A stretch of DNA of 38,365 bases from an uncultured Gammaproteobacteria bacterium (GCA_964644265.1 CAZXUX010000002.1:1-38365), one strand, 5' to 3'; counted from the stretch's first letter, positions 22,827-32,052 are shown. Made by a program: numbers and translations. The notes: a model not told the origin generated them from the letters alone.

Positions 22827-23540
22827 CTAAACTCCCGTAGGGAACGACGGCAAAATGCCGCTTGTAACTCGCCCGATGATAATACCAAGCAAAGCAGCGC
22901 TCAAAGAAACCGTGACCATTTCTATGGCGCTTCGAATTTGCGATACGCCAGTAACCCTGCCCTTCCAAATGCCCAGGGCGAACAACCCGACCAAGGCTAA
23001 AACAATGGCGGTAACAAAGGCCACGTTCAGAGGCAGAATAGCGTATGGCAAAAGCACTAAACTACCACCTAACAAATAAAAAACCCCCATTACCAACCCA
23101 GCTGAGACCGGGTGTTCGCTCATCGCCGGCAACAAGCGATATTCGCGTCGCCTCACTTCCTGCAGCCAAAGCTTACGTTCACGCATTATGGCCTCAAGTG
23201 CGATCGCTGTTTCTTGTTTGCTAAAGTTTTTACGAGTAAAAAATTCTCGCAAGGTTTCTTGGTCAGAAACCTTGGCGTGCAGAATGCGGCTACCGTCTTG
23301 TCGGGCCCTTTCGTCGTAAAGCTGAGTGGCCGATTTAGATGACAAATAGCTACCCGCAGCCATGGAAACTGCTTCTACAACTACCAACACCATGCCGGCC
23401 AAAAGGACAACATAAGACTGGCCGCTGCCGACGGCAATACCACTAACTGTACCCAGCGTTGAGACCAAACTGTCTTCTAGACCAAAGACAATTTCTCGAA
23501 TATTACTCAACCCGGGCGTGCGCAGACCTCCTCTGAGCAT
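22827..23540 (-). CDS. VIT1/CCC1-family iron/manganese transporter
   Basis: REIVFGLEDSLVSTLGTVSGIAVG and C-terminal TM helices are typical of the VIT family. Start set at ATG 23538-23540. Confidence 0.75.
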   Translation of the reverse strand: MLRGGLRTPGLSNIREIVFGLEDSLVSTLGTVSGIAVGSGQSYVVLLAGMVLVVVEAVSMAAGSYLSSKSATQLYDERARQDGSRILHAKVSDQETLREFFTRKNFSKQETAIALEAIMRERKLWLQEVRRREYRLLPAMSEHPVSAGLVMGVFYLLGGSLVLLPYAILPLNVAFVTAIVLALVGLFALGIWKGRVTGVSQIRSAIEMVTVSLSAALLGIIIGRVTSGILPSFPTGV

Positions 23541-23557
23541 AGCCTTGTGTTTAGTGA

Positions 23558-23580
23558 ATTGTAACACGCGGTGTTACAAT
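23558..23580. promoter_or_regulatory. Palindromic pair of extended -10 boxes (divergent promoters)
   Basis: attgtaacac-gcg-gtgttacaat: each strand reads TGTTACAAT pointing outward toward 22827..23540 and 23664..24086. Confidence 0.5.
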
Positions 23581-23663
23581 AGACCCGACTTTAAAAATAC
23601 GATGACTTTAACTAGTGCTTCGTTGCGGTGCACAACTTATTGGTTGAAGGTTTAAACTTTAGT

Positions 23664-24086
23664 ATGCAAATCTCCGATCACTATCGACCCTTTGTTGAAA
23701 AAACTTTAATTGTAGTAACAAATAACGAGCGAGCACGCTTACTATCGGCTATCGATCGCGAAGTCGAAGAAATTGAAATCATCGAAACGCCAGGGATGGA
23801 AATGCGCGAACGGATTACCGGCCAATACGCATCAACGCAGCCTGATTTCGACGCCATGAAACAGCACCGTTTGATTGAGCTATACAAGCAGCTAGCAGAG
23901 CGCATGCAGACCCTATTACACGATGGCAAGTTTAAAACTGCGATTGTCTGCGTTCCCGAGGTCAACAAAAACATCTTTACCGAACAACTGACTGACGAGT
24001 TACAAAAAAAGATTTCTGAAGTAGTGCCCAAAAATCTGGCTTCCATGGAAATAGGGCACATTATTCGCATTCTGCTTGAAGGCTAA
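23664..24086 (+). CDS. Hypothetical protein (possibly host-attachment / baeRF-like)
   Basis: C-terminal pattern TAIVCVPEVNKNIFTEQLTDELQKKISEVVPKNL resembles the family by eye only. Confidence 0.45.
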   Translation: MQISDHYRPFVEKTLIVVTNNERARLLSAIDREVEEIEIIETPGMEMRERITGQYASTQPDFDAMKQHRLIELYKQLAERMQTLLHDGKFKTAIVCVPEVNKNIFTEQLTDELQKKISEVVPKNLASMEIGHIIRILLEG

Positions 24087-24116
24087 GGCGCTTCCTGCTA
24101 ACATCCCTGGCGAGTT

Positions 24117-24193
24117 GGCCACGTGGCGAAGTTGGTTAACGCAGCGGTCTGCAAAACCGCTATGCACCGGTTCAAACCCGGTCGTGGCCTCCA
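24117..24193 (+). tRNA. tRNA-Cys (anticodon GCA), encoded CCA
   Basis: GGCCACG..GCGGT-CT-GCA-AA-ACCGC..ACCGGTTCAAACCCGGT-CGTGGCC-T-CCA. Confidence 0.93.
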
Positions 24194-24196
24194 TAT

Positions 24197-24323
24197 ATAA
24201 AACCTGTTTATTCGGTCTATTTTCGTCTCAGGGGACCCGAATTTTTCCTCATCGTACGTCTTTAGTACGCCTCGGAAAAATTCACCCCTTTAACGAAACT
24301 AGCCACGAATAAACAGGTTTTAT
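24197..24323. repeat. ~127-nt long-hairpin element abutting the tRNA-Cys 3' end
   Basis: 18-bp perfect arms ataaaacctgtttattcg / cgaataaacaggttttat. Inner stems ttttcgt/acgaaa, agggg/cccct, gaatttttcc/ggaaaaattc. Apex cctcat-cgtac-gtcttta-gtacg-cctc. Confidence 0.75.
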
Positions 24324-24374
24324 GTTTTATGAGATGTGTTTTTTGTTTTTTTGTGAATGTCTTTGCCTTTCGAT

Positions 24375-24980
24375 TTACTGGGCGTTGACGTTTATGTCGA
24401 CGTCGGCGCCAGTGTGAACGGTTACCACCTTGGCCGAAGAGATGATATTTTCTGCTTCTTTGCGAGTGATGTTATAGGTGATAAACTTGTACTTAGCGTT
24501 GTTGATTTCTAAATAGAAATCGTAATTCAATCGCCCGCCGACCTGACATTCGCCGCCGTCATCGCACAGCTTGATTTGCGAAATTCCGTGGCCGATATCC
24601 TCGGCTTCGCTAGGTATTAAGCGCCGCTCGTCTAATTTCGTGACCTTGATCAGGCCCTGATCAACCACGGCCTTGTTCTCGTTGACTAAATTACTAATAG
24701 CCTCAGGAGTCTCGCCGGAAGATAGATAGATTGGCTTGTCCGAAGCCTGCAGATAAATCTCGCTATCGGCCTGAGTTACTTCTTTCAAAGAAAATTTAAC
24801 GCTTTCTAATTCGTCATTGTCGTATGGTGCGGCTAGAGTCCAACCACTTGGTAAGTCGAAGGCTAGGTCCCAAGCGCCCTCAACAGCAGCTTTTTCACCC
24901 AAGTTAAATGGCAATTTGCTAAGGCAGCCAGCACCAAGCAAAACAATTGCGCAAAGGCTAAATAAAAGTGTTTTTTTCAT
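24375..24980 (-). CDS. Hypothetical lipoprotein
   Basis: MKKTLLFSLCAIVLLGAGC lipobox. Start trimmed to ATG 24978-24980. Confidence 0.6.
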   Translation of the reverse strand: MKKTLLFSLCAIVLLGAGCLSKLPFNLGEKAAVEGAWDLAFDLPSGWTLAAPYDNDELESVKFSLKEVTQADSEIYLQASDKPIYLSSGETPEAISNLVNENKAVVDQGLIKVTKLDERRLIPSEAEDIGHGISQIKLCDDGGECQVGGRLNYDFYLEINNAKYKFITYNITRKEAENIISSAKVVTVHTGADVDINVNAQ

Positions 24981-25023
24981 ACTACAAAAATAAAGAAGGC
25001 TACCAATTGATGGTAGCACTTCT

Positions 25024-25551
25024 TTAAATATTCTGGTAGATGTGAATTTCGACGGATTTACGACCGAAGGCGCGGGCCTCGCTAACGCTTTCCATCCAGA
25101 TATCAACGTTATTGCGGTAACGAGAGTTCATGCGGTCTTCAACCACGAAAACTTCGTCACCATAAAGATCTGGGATGGTAATAAGGGTACCAATAGGCAA
25201 GAAGTTAGCAGCGACCACACCACGACGTACAGTGGTTCCAGAAGCCGTAATAAACGGCGTGCTATCGGTCTGACCAGGAACACTGTTATAAGCAGATGCC
25301 TGAACCGTAGCCACCGAGTACGAACCTGAAAGCTTAGACTGCGGCAAAACACCAAACGGCACAGACTCGTTCAACATAGCCTGAGCAGTCAGGCTAGCGG
25401 CACGGTCTTCGGCCACAGGTACCTTGGCATCCACCAAGCCATCAAGAGGGGCCAATACGTAAAACGTGGCAACCAAAATGGTAGCAATAAGCACGCTTTC
25501 TACCGGCGACTTCTCAAGGAAGTCCTTGATGTTTTTCCAGGTGTTTTTCAT
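25024..25551 (-). CDS. 3D-domain (MltA/RlpA-like double-psi beta-barrel) cell-wall protein
   Basis: SAYNSVPGQTDSTPFITASGTTV..VAAN..LPIGT..V.DRM....VDIWM pattern of 3D domains. N-terminal TM anchor. Confidence 0.75.
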   Translation of the reverse strand: MKNTWKNIKDFLEKSPVESVLIATILVATFYVLAPLDGLVDAKVPVAEDRAASLTAQAMLNESVPFGVLPQSKLSGSYSVATVQASAYNSVPGQTDSTPFITASGTTVRRGVVAANFLPIGTLITIPDLYGDEVFVVEDRMNSRYRNNVDIWMESVSEARAFGRKSVEIHIYQNI

Positions 25552-25714
25552 AATAAAATAGGAGATTTCTCCTAAATTGGTAACGACCTATTATAGCATT
25601 TTATGGCTTTTTTGTCAACCCAAAATAGGCTCTAAAATTAGCCCTTTATTTTGCTGTTTTTTAACCCGTAAAGTATGATAAAAGGGAATCTTTTTGTTCG
25701 CTCATAGCCTATAT

Positions 25715-28594
25715 ATGCAACGCTATCTTCAGGGTCGGCACACCAAACTTAAGGCACACCTGGCAGGCCTAAGGCCATGGTTCAAAAAAGTCACCTCAGG
25801 GTCGACTTTAAAAAACCTTGCCTTGCTAGCCGTGGGTTGTGTGCTTTTTGGAGCAATTGTCCTACTAGGGCTTTTTGCCTGGTATTCGCGCAGCTTGCCT
25901 AATCCAGACGAAATCTTGGCGCGCGAGGTTTCGCAGTCGACTAAGATTTACGACCGTACCGGCACGCATCTGTTATACGAAATTGCGCCCGATCAAAAGC
26001 GGACCTTGGTTACTATTGAGGACATTCCTGACTATGTTGAAAAGGCTACAATAACCGCTGAAGATCGTAGTTTCTACGAACACAGCGGAATAAGCATTAA
26101 AGGCATCGTTCGAGCTCTACTTTCTAACCTTATTCACCTTGATCCCACTGGTCAGGGAGCATCAACGATTACACAGCAGTTTGTTAAAAAAGCTATCTTG
26201 ACCGACGATCAAACTATCGCTCGCAAGGTTAAAGAGATCATCATTGCTCTGGCGCTAGAAAAGAAATTCGAAAAGGATCAAATTTTACAGCTATATCTAA
26301 ACGAAATTCCCTACGGCGGAACTAACTATGGTATTGAAGCTGCGGCTCAAGCGTACTTCAATAAACCGGTACAAAATCTAACCCTTGGTGAAGCCGCTAC
26401 TTTGGCCGCTATTCCAAACCGACCGAGTACTTTAATTAATAACCCCGACCTGTTGCTGGATCGCAAAAATTGGATTCTTGACGGTATGGTCGAGGAGGGC
26501 TACGCCAGCCAAGAACAAGTCGATGCCGCCAAGGCCGAAGACAATCACATTACCGTTTCGCTAAACAATATCGAGGCGCCACACTTTGTGCTGTGGGTTA
26601 AGGAATTGCTAGAAGAAAAATATGACCCGCGAATAGTAGAAACTGGTGGACTAAAGGTTATTACTACCCTGGACTACGACAAACAAAAAATAGCCGAAGA
26701 GGCGGTTAATAATGGCGTCGCGGCCTACGGAGCTTCTTATAACTTTAACGATTCTGGCTTGGTGGCCATGGATCCAAAAACCGGACAAATTTTATCGATG
26801 GTCGGCTCGCCCGATTACTGGAATGACGAAGCCCACGGACAGGTAAATGTAACACTGCAAGCTCTACAGCCAGGCTCTAGCATTAAACCGATCGTGTACG
26901 CGGCGGCCTTTGAGCGTGGCTACACGCCAAACACGCTGTTGTGGGATGTGAAAACAACCTTCCCCACGGCGACTGGCCCATACACGCCAAACAACTACGA
27001 TTTTGGTGAGCATGGCGTTGTTTCAATGCGAAAGTCATTGCAGGGATCGTTAAATATTCCGGCGGTAAAAACGCTTTACTTGGTGGGCATTGAAAATGCC
27101 ATGAAGTTTGCCCAAAGGTTGGGATACACCACACTTAACGATGCTTCAAAGGTTGGCCTGTCTATGGTTTTGGGCGGGGCAGAAGTTAAGTTGCTAGACC
27201 ACACAGCGGCTTATGCAGTTTTTGCCAACAATGGTACCTATCGAGAGCCGGTCGCGGTACTGAAGGTCGAAAAGCCCAATGGCGAAGTACTTGAAGAATG
27301 GAAAGCCGAAGAACACGCCGGTAATCAGGCCATCTCGGCCAATCTGGCAGCCACTGTGTCTAACGTGTGGTCAGACAACGGTGCTCGAGCGTACGTTTTT
27401 GGACCCAACAATTACCTCACACTTGGCACTCGCCCAGTGGCAGCAAAAACTGGTACCACCAACAATTACGGCGATGCCTGGACTATGGGCTACACGCCAT
27501 CTTTGGTGGCCGGTGTTTGGGTGGGTAATGCCGACGGCTCAGACATGAACCGCGGAGCGGATGGTTCAAAAATTGCCGCTCCGATCTGGAACGAGTTCAT
27601 GAGTCGATCTCTAAAGGGAACGCCTATTGAAAACTTCCCTGCTGCCCAGATCCCCACAACTGGTAAAGCAGTAATTGATGGACTGCTGCCAGCAACCACA
27701 GTAACCATCGATACAAATACCGGTAAATTAGCTACTGACCGCACACCTGAACGCTACAAAAAAACTGTGCAGTGCGGCGAATACCACACGATTCTTCACT
27801 ACGTAAGCCGCCAGGATCCGCTAGGCTCACCACCTACCAACCCAGCTGGCGACTCAAACTACAATGCCTGGGAGGGCGCGGTGCAAGATTTTATCGTTCG
27901 TCATAACGCCAATCTAAAAGAAGGCGAGGTGCCGTATGAATCGTGCAGCGTACCAACCGAAGAAGACGACGTGCACACCAAGAAAAATCAGCCCGATATT
28001 ACAATTGAGGAGCCGTCGAGCAACCAGGATGTTGGCAGAGTTTTTGCCACCAAGTTGGACGTGCGTCTGGAGCGGCCCTTTGGTCGAGTTGAATACAGCG
28101 TAGATGGTACGTTTATAGTTAGTTCAGCTAGTACTAACGGAGCAACCCTGACCCTGCCTTCTTGGGTGGGTAAGGGAAAACATACACTAAAAGCCACTAT
28201 TTACGACGACGTAGATAATAGTGACTCTGATGAAGTCGAAATAAATGTAACGGAGGGTGGCACCTCCGCCAACTTTCGAATCACCAACCCGTTCAGCGGG
28301 CAGACCATCGAGAAAACCTCGCCGACATACGCCATAGCGCTAGAAATTCCGCACCCAGAAGATTTGGTTTCAATTCATGTAACGGCCACAAATCTCTGGA
28401 CTGGCGAATCGATGGTAGCTGGCGAATCCAACGATCCGCAGTCGGTAACAACGGTAAACTGGACACTGCCGTCGGCGGCGCAGTACTCGTTATCGGCAAC
28501 TGGTACCACCAAAGACGGGGACACCATAGAAAGCATGCCTATAAGCGTAATAGTTAAAGAACCGCTATTACCGATTGGCATTCCAGTTTTATAA
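25715..28594 (+). CDS. Penicillin-binding protein 1A (glycosyltransferase + transpeptidase) with a long C-terminal extension
   Basis: ED..FY.H.G, GASTITQQ and RKVKE GT51 motifs. SSIKP, SLN and KTGTT transpeptidase motifs. Start set to the first ATG (25715). Confidence 0.9.
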   Translation: MQRYLQGRHTKLKAHLAGLRPWFKKVTSGSTLKNLALLAVGCVLFGAIVLLGLFAWYSRSLPNPDEILAREVSQSTKIYDRTGTHLLYEIAPDQKRTLVTIEDIPDYVEKATITAEDRSFYEHSGISIKGIVRALLSNLIHLDPTGQGASTITQQFVKKAILTDDQTIARKVKEIIIALALEKKFEKDQILQLYLNEIPYGGTNYGIEAAAQAYFNKPVQNLTLGEAATLAAIPNRPSTLINNPDLLLDRKNWILDGMVEEGYASQEQVDAAKAEDNHITVSLNNIEAPHFVLWVKELLEEKYDPRIVETGGLKVITTLDYDKQKIAEEAVNNGVAAYGASYNFNDSGLVAMDPKTGQILSMVGSPDYWNDEAHGQVNVTLQALQPGSSIKPIVYAAAFERGYTPNTLLWDVKTTFPTATGPYTPNNYDFGEHGVVSMRKSLQGSLNIPAVKTLYLVGIENAMKFAQRLGYTTLNDASKVGLSMVLGGAEVKLLDHTAAYAVFANNGTYREPVAVLKVEKPNGEVLEEWKAEEHAGNQAISANLAATVSNVWSDNGARAYVFGPNNYLTLGTRPVAAKTGTTNNYGDAWTMGYTPSLVAGVWVGNADGSDMNRGADGSKIAAPIWNEFMSRSLKGTPIENFPAAQIPTTGKAVIDGLLPATTVTIDTNTGKLATDRTPERYKKTVQCGEYHTILHYVSRQDPLGSPPTNPAGDSNYNAWEGAVQDFIVRHNANLKEGEVPYESCSVPTEEDDVHTKKNQPDITIEEPSSNQDVGRVFATKLDVRLERPFGRVEYSVDGTFIVSSASTNGATLTLPSWVGKGKHTLKATIYDDVDNSDSDEVEINVTEGGTSANFRITNPFSGQTIEKTSPTYAIALEIPHPEDLVSIHVTATNLWTGESMVAGESNDPQSVTTVNWTLPSAAQYSLSATGTTKDGDTIESMPISVIVKEPLLPIGIPVL

Positions 28595-28597
28595 GAA

Positions 28598-28633
28598 ATC
28601 AAAAAATCGAGGCTAGACCCTCGATTTTTTGAT
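28598..28633 (+). terminator. Rho-independent terminator of PBP1A
   Basis: aaaaaatcgagg-ctagac-cctcgatttttt. Confidence 0.85.
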
Positions 28634-28791
28634 TTGTATCAATTCGGCTCCGTAGTCTTGCTCGCTAACCACATGGATGCACAAGGTGATTAAACGGCGC
28701 AGGGTCGTTCGCAACCGGTAACAGGTTCCGTAATACGGTTTAGCTGTCAGCAGCGCACCACGGCGACTTTAAAAGTCACTAGCCGCAACAC

Positions 28792-29928
28792 CTACTGCCG
28801 AATTGGCATGACGATGTAAAGGTAATTCTGCTCTGCGCCCTCCTGCGGAGCCACTACACACGGATTTACGCCATCTATAAGCTTCATGACCACATGATCG
28901 GTCGACATGGCGTTAATGCCGTCTAGCAGGTAGCGGTAGTTTAGCGTTACGGCGTTTTCTTTTCCTTTAACCTCAGCCTCTAGGGTAACAACGTTCTCAC
29001 CACGACCAATATCGTTGGCAGAAAGAGTTATTTCCTTGGAATTTTCTTTCATTTCTAACTTAACATCGAACAGACCTTGCTTTGAAAACAGACTGGTACG
29101 GCGAATGGCCTGAGCCAATGCTTGGCGACTAACGGTGATTTCTGTAGACGATGTTTTGGGGATAATTTGTTGGTAATCCGGATAAACACCGTCGATGGTG
29201 CGTGAAGAAATTTCCGCGTTGCCATAACGGAAAGCGATTTGGTTTTCCGCTACTTCAATTTCGATTTTTTCTGGTATTTCTGCCGAATCCTTCAAGATAC
29301 CAATTATTCGACGTAGCTCTGCCAACGTCCTAGATGGAACGATGACCTTACGCTCGCCCATTACAGCATCACCAATGAGCGGCACTGAGCTTTCGGCTAG
29401 GCGATAGCTGTCGGTGGCGGCTACGGTGACTGATTTTTTGTCACCAGAAAAAGACAGGTAAACGCCGGTTAACACCTGGCGAGCTTCACTTGTAGCTACA
29501 GCGAACAGTACCTTGCCCAAGGCTGCGTCTAGGTGCATTACCGGCAATTCATACTTAGTGCCGCCAGTAATTTGCGGCACAAGGGGAAACTCCCCGGCCG
29601 GCAAGCCATTAATCTTGGTCTTAGAAGAACCGCAAACAACGGCCATGGAGCTGTCTAATAGATCTAAGTCTACCCGCTCATCTGGCAATAAACTTACGTA
29701 ATCTGAAAAAAGTCTGGATGGAATTGTGTATTCACCGGGTTGATCAACCTTCCCTCGAACCTGGCAGGTTACGGTAATGTCTAGATTTGTGGCTGTTAGC
29801 TTGAGTCCGCCTACGTCTGCCCTTAAGAGAACATTGTTCAATATAGGAAGGTTGGCGTTTTTGGTGCTTATGTGACTGGCAACGGAGAGTCCTTGGTGGA
29901 GATTCTCTTTAGTGCAGGAGAGCTTCAC
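28792..29928 (-). CDS. dnaN: DNA polymerase III beta sliding clamp
   Basis: Three-domain length. N-terminus MKLSCTKENLHQGL..V......N.PIL..VL and position downstream of dnaA. GTG start. Confidence 0.92.
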   Translation of the reverse strand: MKLSCTKENLHQGLSVASHISTKNANLPILNNVLLRADVGGLKLTATNLDITVTCQVRGKVDQPGEYTIPSRLFSDYVSLLPDERVDLDLLDSSMAVVCGSSKTKINGLPAGEFPLVPQITGGTKYELPVMHLDAALGKVLFAVATSEARQVLTGVYLSFSGDKKSVTVAATDSYRLAESSVPLIGDAVMGERKVIVPSRTLAELRRIIGILKDSAEIPEKIEIEVAENQIAFRYGNAEISSRTIDGVYPDYQQIIPKTSSTEITVSRQALAQAIRRTSLFSKQGLFDVKLEMKENSKEITLSANDIGRGENVVTLEAEVKGKENAVTLNYRYLLDGINAMSTDHVVMKLIDGVNPCVVAPQEGAEQNYLYIVMPIRQ

Positions 29929-30269
29929 AGAAAAATTTATTTTAATTTATAAACCAGTAATAATAGTAAGCTTGTGGATGGTGTGGAAAAGCCAATTTGG
30001 TTCTGTGTTTGTTAATTTTTTATGTTCTTATGGGTGTGGAAACTTGCTGCGTTCGGACGTGGAGTGAATTGGGATAAGTGGTTATTCGTGGCGGGTCCTA
30101 TTTTAACCCACAAGTTTTCCACGCGGATATCCTCCCTGTTATCCATCCCCTTGTCCACGGAGTTGTCCTCACTATGTGCACAATTAAGATTAAAGTATTA
30201 AAGTTGGAAGTATTAAAGCCGCGATTCGTTCGTGCCGAGCTTTAATCTTTAATACTTTTCTCTTTAATC
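29929..30269. other. Candidate oriC: DnaA-box cluster plus AT-rich repeated TTAAAG segment
   Basis: DnaA-box-like 9-mers at about 29972, 29982, 30035, 30116, 30139, 30151 and 30163 (tgtggaaaa, ttttccacg, ttatccatc, ttgtccacg...). AT-rich 30181-30269 with repeated attaaag/ctttaat. Confidence 0.7.
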
Positions 30270-31658
30270 TTAGCCGCCAACGTACAGCCTTTGCTTAATA
30301 AGCTCAAGGTCTTTTTGCAGCTTTTCGTCACTGTCGATGAGGTTCATGATCTTGGAGTGGGCGTGCATGGCGGTCGTGTGGTCGCGGCCGCCAAGTTCTG
30401 CGCCAATGGTGGGATACGAGCTTTTCATTTCTTCGCGTAGCAAGAACATGATTATTTGGCGCGGAAAAGCTAGTCGTTTCTCGCGGCTCTTGCCAAGAAC
30501 ATCGTCGATTGAGATGTCGAAATACTCGGCAACTATATGAATGACTTGTTTGGGTGTGACGGTTTTCTTTACGTTTTCGGCTTCAAAGCTGGCCAAGATT
30601 GGTTTGATTGTTTCTAGGCTTGGAGTGATATTACGGAACTGGTGAACGGCGATGATTTTGTTTAGGGCGCCTTCTAGTTCGCGGATGTTAGAAGCAATGG
30701 TTGAGGCCACGTATTGAAGAGATTCGCGATCGAGCTCTAAGCCCCGTTCTTGGCACTTTTTTTGCAGAATAGCGATGCGCGTTTCAAGGTCGGGAGTGCC
30801 GACGTCTACTAACATGCCCCATTCTAGGCGCGATTGAAGGCGCTTTTCTAGTCCGGCGATAGACTTTGGCGGGCGATCAGAAGACACGACAATCTGCTTG
30901 TTGTCTTGGTGCAAAGTATTAAAGGTATGGAAGAATTCTTCTTGAGTCCCCTCTTTGCCGGTAATGAACTGAATGTCGTCGATGAGTAGCAAATCGACAT
31001 TGCGATAGCGATCTTTGAATTCCTTGCCTCTTCCGGTGCGAACTGAGTGAATGAAATCGTTGGTGAAGTGTTCGCAGGTTACGTACATGATGCGAACTGT
31101 CTGCCAGCGGCGACGAATGTCGTTAGCAATGGCGTGCAAGAGATGGGTTTTTCCTAGTCCTACGCCACCGTAGATGAATAGTGGATTATAGGTTCCTCCT
31201 GGTTGCGATGATACGGCCTGTGAAGCTGCGTGAGCTAGTTCGTTTTGTTTGCCAACGACAAAGGTTTGAAAGGTGTATAGAGGATTTACTGTGATGTTGC
31301 CGGTTGGGGCTGCTACATCGGAGCCGTTGGTGGTTACAAAGCCGTAGTCTTCGACCGCGTTTGTGACGGGTTTTGGTTGGTCTATGACTATTGGTTGGGG
31401 TCCATTACTCTTGGTTTCAACACGATAGGTAAGACTGCGGATTGGTTGATTGGTAATGTTTTGAAAGGCCTCAAGGATGTCCCTGTAATATTTTTTCTCT
31501 AACCACGATTGGGCGATTGAATTCGGCACTGCAACTACAATGGTTCCGGCGCGGTAATCGCTAATGAAGGTATTTTTAAACCAGGTCGTGAAGTGTGCTC
31601 GGCTGATTTTCAGCTCTATTTGACCTAGTACCGCTTCCCAGAGCTCGTGTGTATTCAT
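30270..31658 (-). CDS. dnaA: Chromosomal replication initiator DnaA
   Basis: Walker A GGVGLGKTHL, LLIDDIQF, and C-terminal DnaA-box-binding segment RDHTTAMHA. Start set to MNTHELWE (ATG 31656-31658). Confidence 0.95.
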   Translation of the reverse strand: MNTHELWEAVLGQIELKISRAHFTTWFKNTFISDYRAGTIVVAVPNSIAQSWLEKKYYRDILEAFQNITNQPIRSLTYRVETKSNGPQPIVIDQPKPVTNAVEDYGFVTTNGSDVAAPTGNITVNPLYTFQTFVVGKQNELAHAASQAVSSQPGGTYNPLFIYGGVGLGKTHLLHAIANDIRRRWQTVRIMYVTCEHFTNDFIHSVRTGRGKEFKDRYRNVDLLLIDDIQFITGKEGTQEEFFHTFNTLHQDNKQIVVSSDRPPKSIAGLEKRLQSRLEWGMLVDVGTPDLETRIAILQKKCQERGLELDRESLQYVASTIASNIRELEGALNKIIAVHQFRNITPSLETIKPILASFEAENVKKTVTPKQVIHIVAEYFDISIDDVLGKSREKRLAFPRQIIMFLLREEMKSSYPTIGAELGGRDHTTAMHAHSKIMNLIDSDEKLQKDLELIKQRLYVGG

Positions 31659-31667
31659 AGCGTGGCG

Positions 31668-31676
31668 ATAATGCCA
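31668..31676 (-). promoter_or_regulatory. Extended -10-like TGGCATTAT 9 nt upstream of the dnaA ATG
   Basis: Minus strand reads tggcattat-cgccacgct-ATG. Confidence 0.35.
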
Positions 31677-31820
31677 GATCACTTTGCTGAGGGTAGTTAA
31701 ATCCCCCAGCTATCAACGATTTGCCACATCATAGTGCATCTGTCCACAGGCCACAATGGCCAGAAAATCCGCTAAAAGTGCGCAAAGAGTGGATGGTGCT
31801 GGGGATAAGTGCTTAGGTAG

Positions 31821-31829
31821 TGTGGATAA
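31821..31829. promoter_or_regulatory. Consensus DnaA box TGTGGATAA
   Basis: Exact match to the reverse complement of TTATCCACA. Weaker boxes at 31741-31748 and 31788-31796. Confidence 0.7.
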
Positions 31830-31857
31830 CCTTACCTGACCTTTATATTGCACTCAA

Positions 31858-31974
31858 TTTACACAGATTGTTTATTGGGTAATTACAGATTTTTCACAGA
31901 TGCTTTTAAGGTTTACAGAGACTGGGCTCTTCTGTGTGTAATTTGTAAATTGCTTCCTTTACTGTCTGTGTAAA
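31858..31974. promoter_or_regulatory. Cluster of six (A)TCTGTGTAAA-like motifs in the dnaA/rpmH divergent region
   Basis: tttacacagat 31858, aattacagattt 31881, ttcacagat 31893 and gtttacagag 31911 (reverse orientation). tctgtgtgtaa 31931 and gtctgtgtaaa 31964 (forward orientation). Confidence 0.5.
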
Positions 31975-32005
31975 TAATGTTTTTTAGCTTAAGTATGAGA
32001 AAAGT

Positions 32006-32034
32006 TTGACGAATTTAGGGGTAAGAGGTAGTAT
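32006..32034 (+). promoter_or_regulatory. Sigma-70-type promoter of rpmH (TTGACG-N17-TAGTAT)
   Basis: -35 at 32006-32011, 17-nt spacer, -10 at 32029-32034, 18 nt before the ATG. Confidence 0.6.
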
Positions 32035-32052
32035 CACCCTACTGTTTAATCT

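Noticed and set aside
28634-28791. Possible small ncRNA (SRP/6S-like) in the 158-nt spacer between the PBP1A terminator and the dnaN stop
   Set aside because: Only two short hairpins are present (aacc-ggtaaca-ggtt and ccgta-a-tacgg). There is no SRP helix-8 motif (GGAA/AGCA asymmetric loops) or other recognisable signature. This cannot be supported without a covariance-model search.
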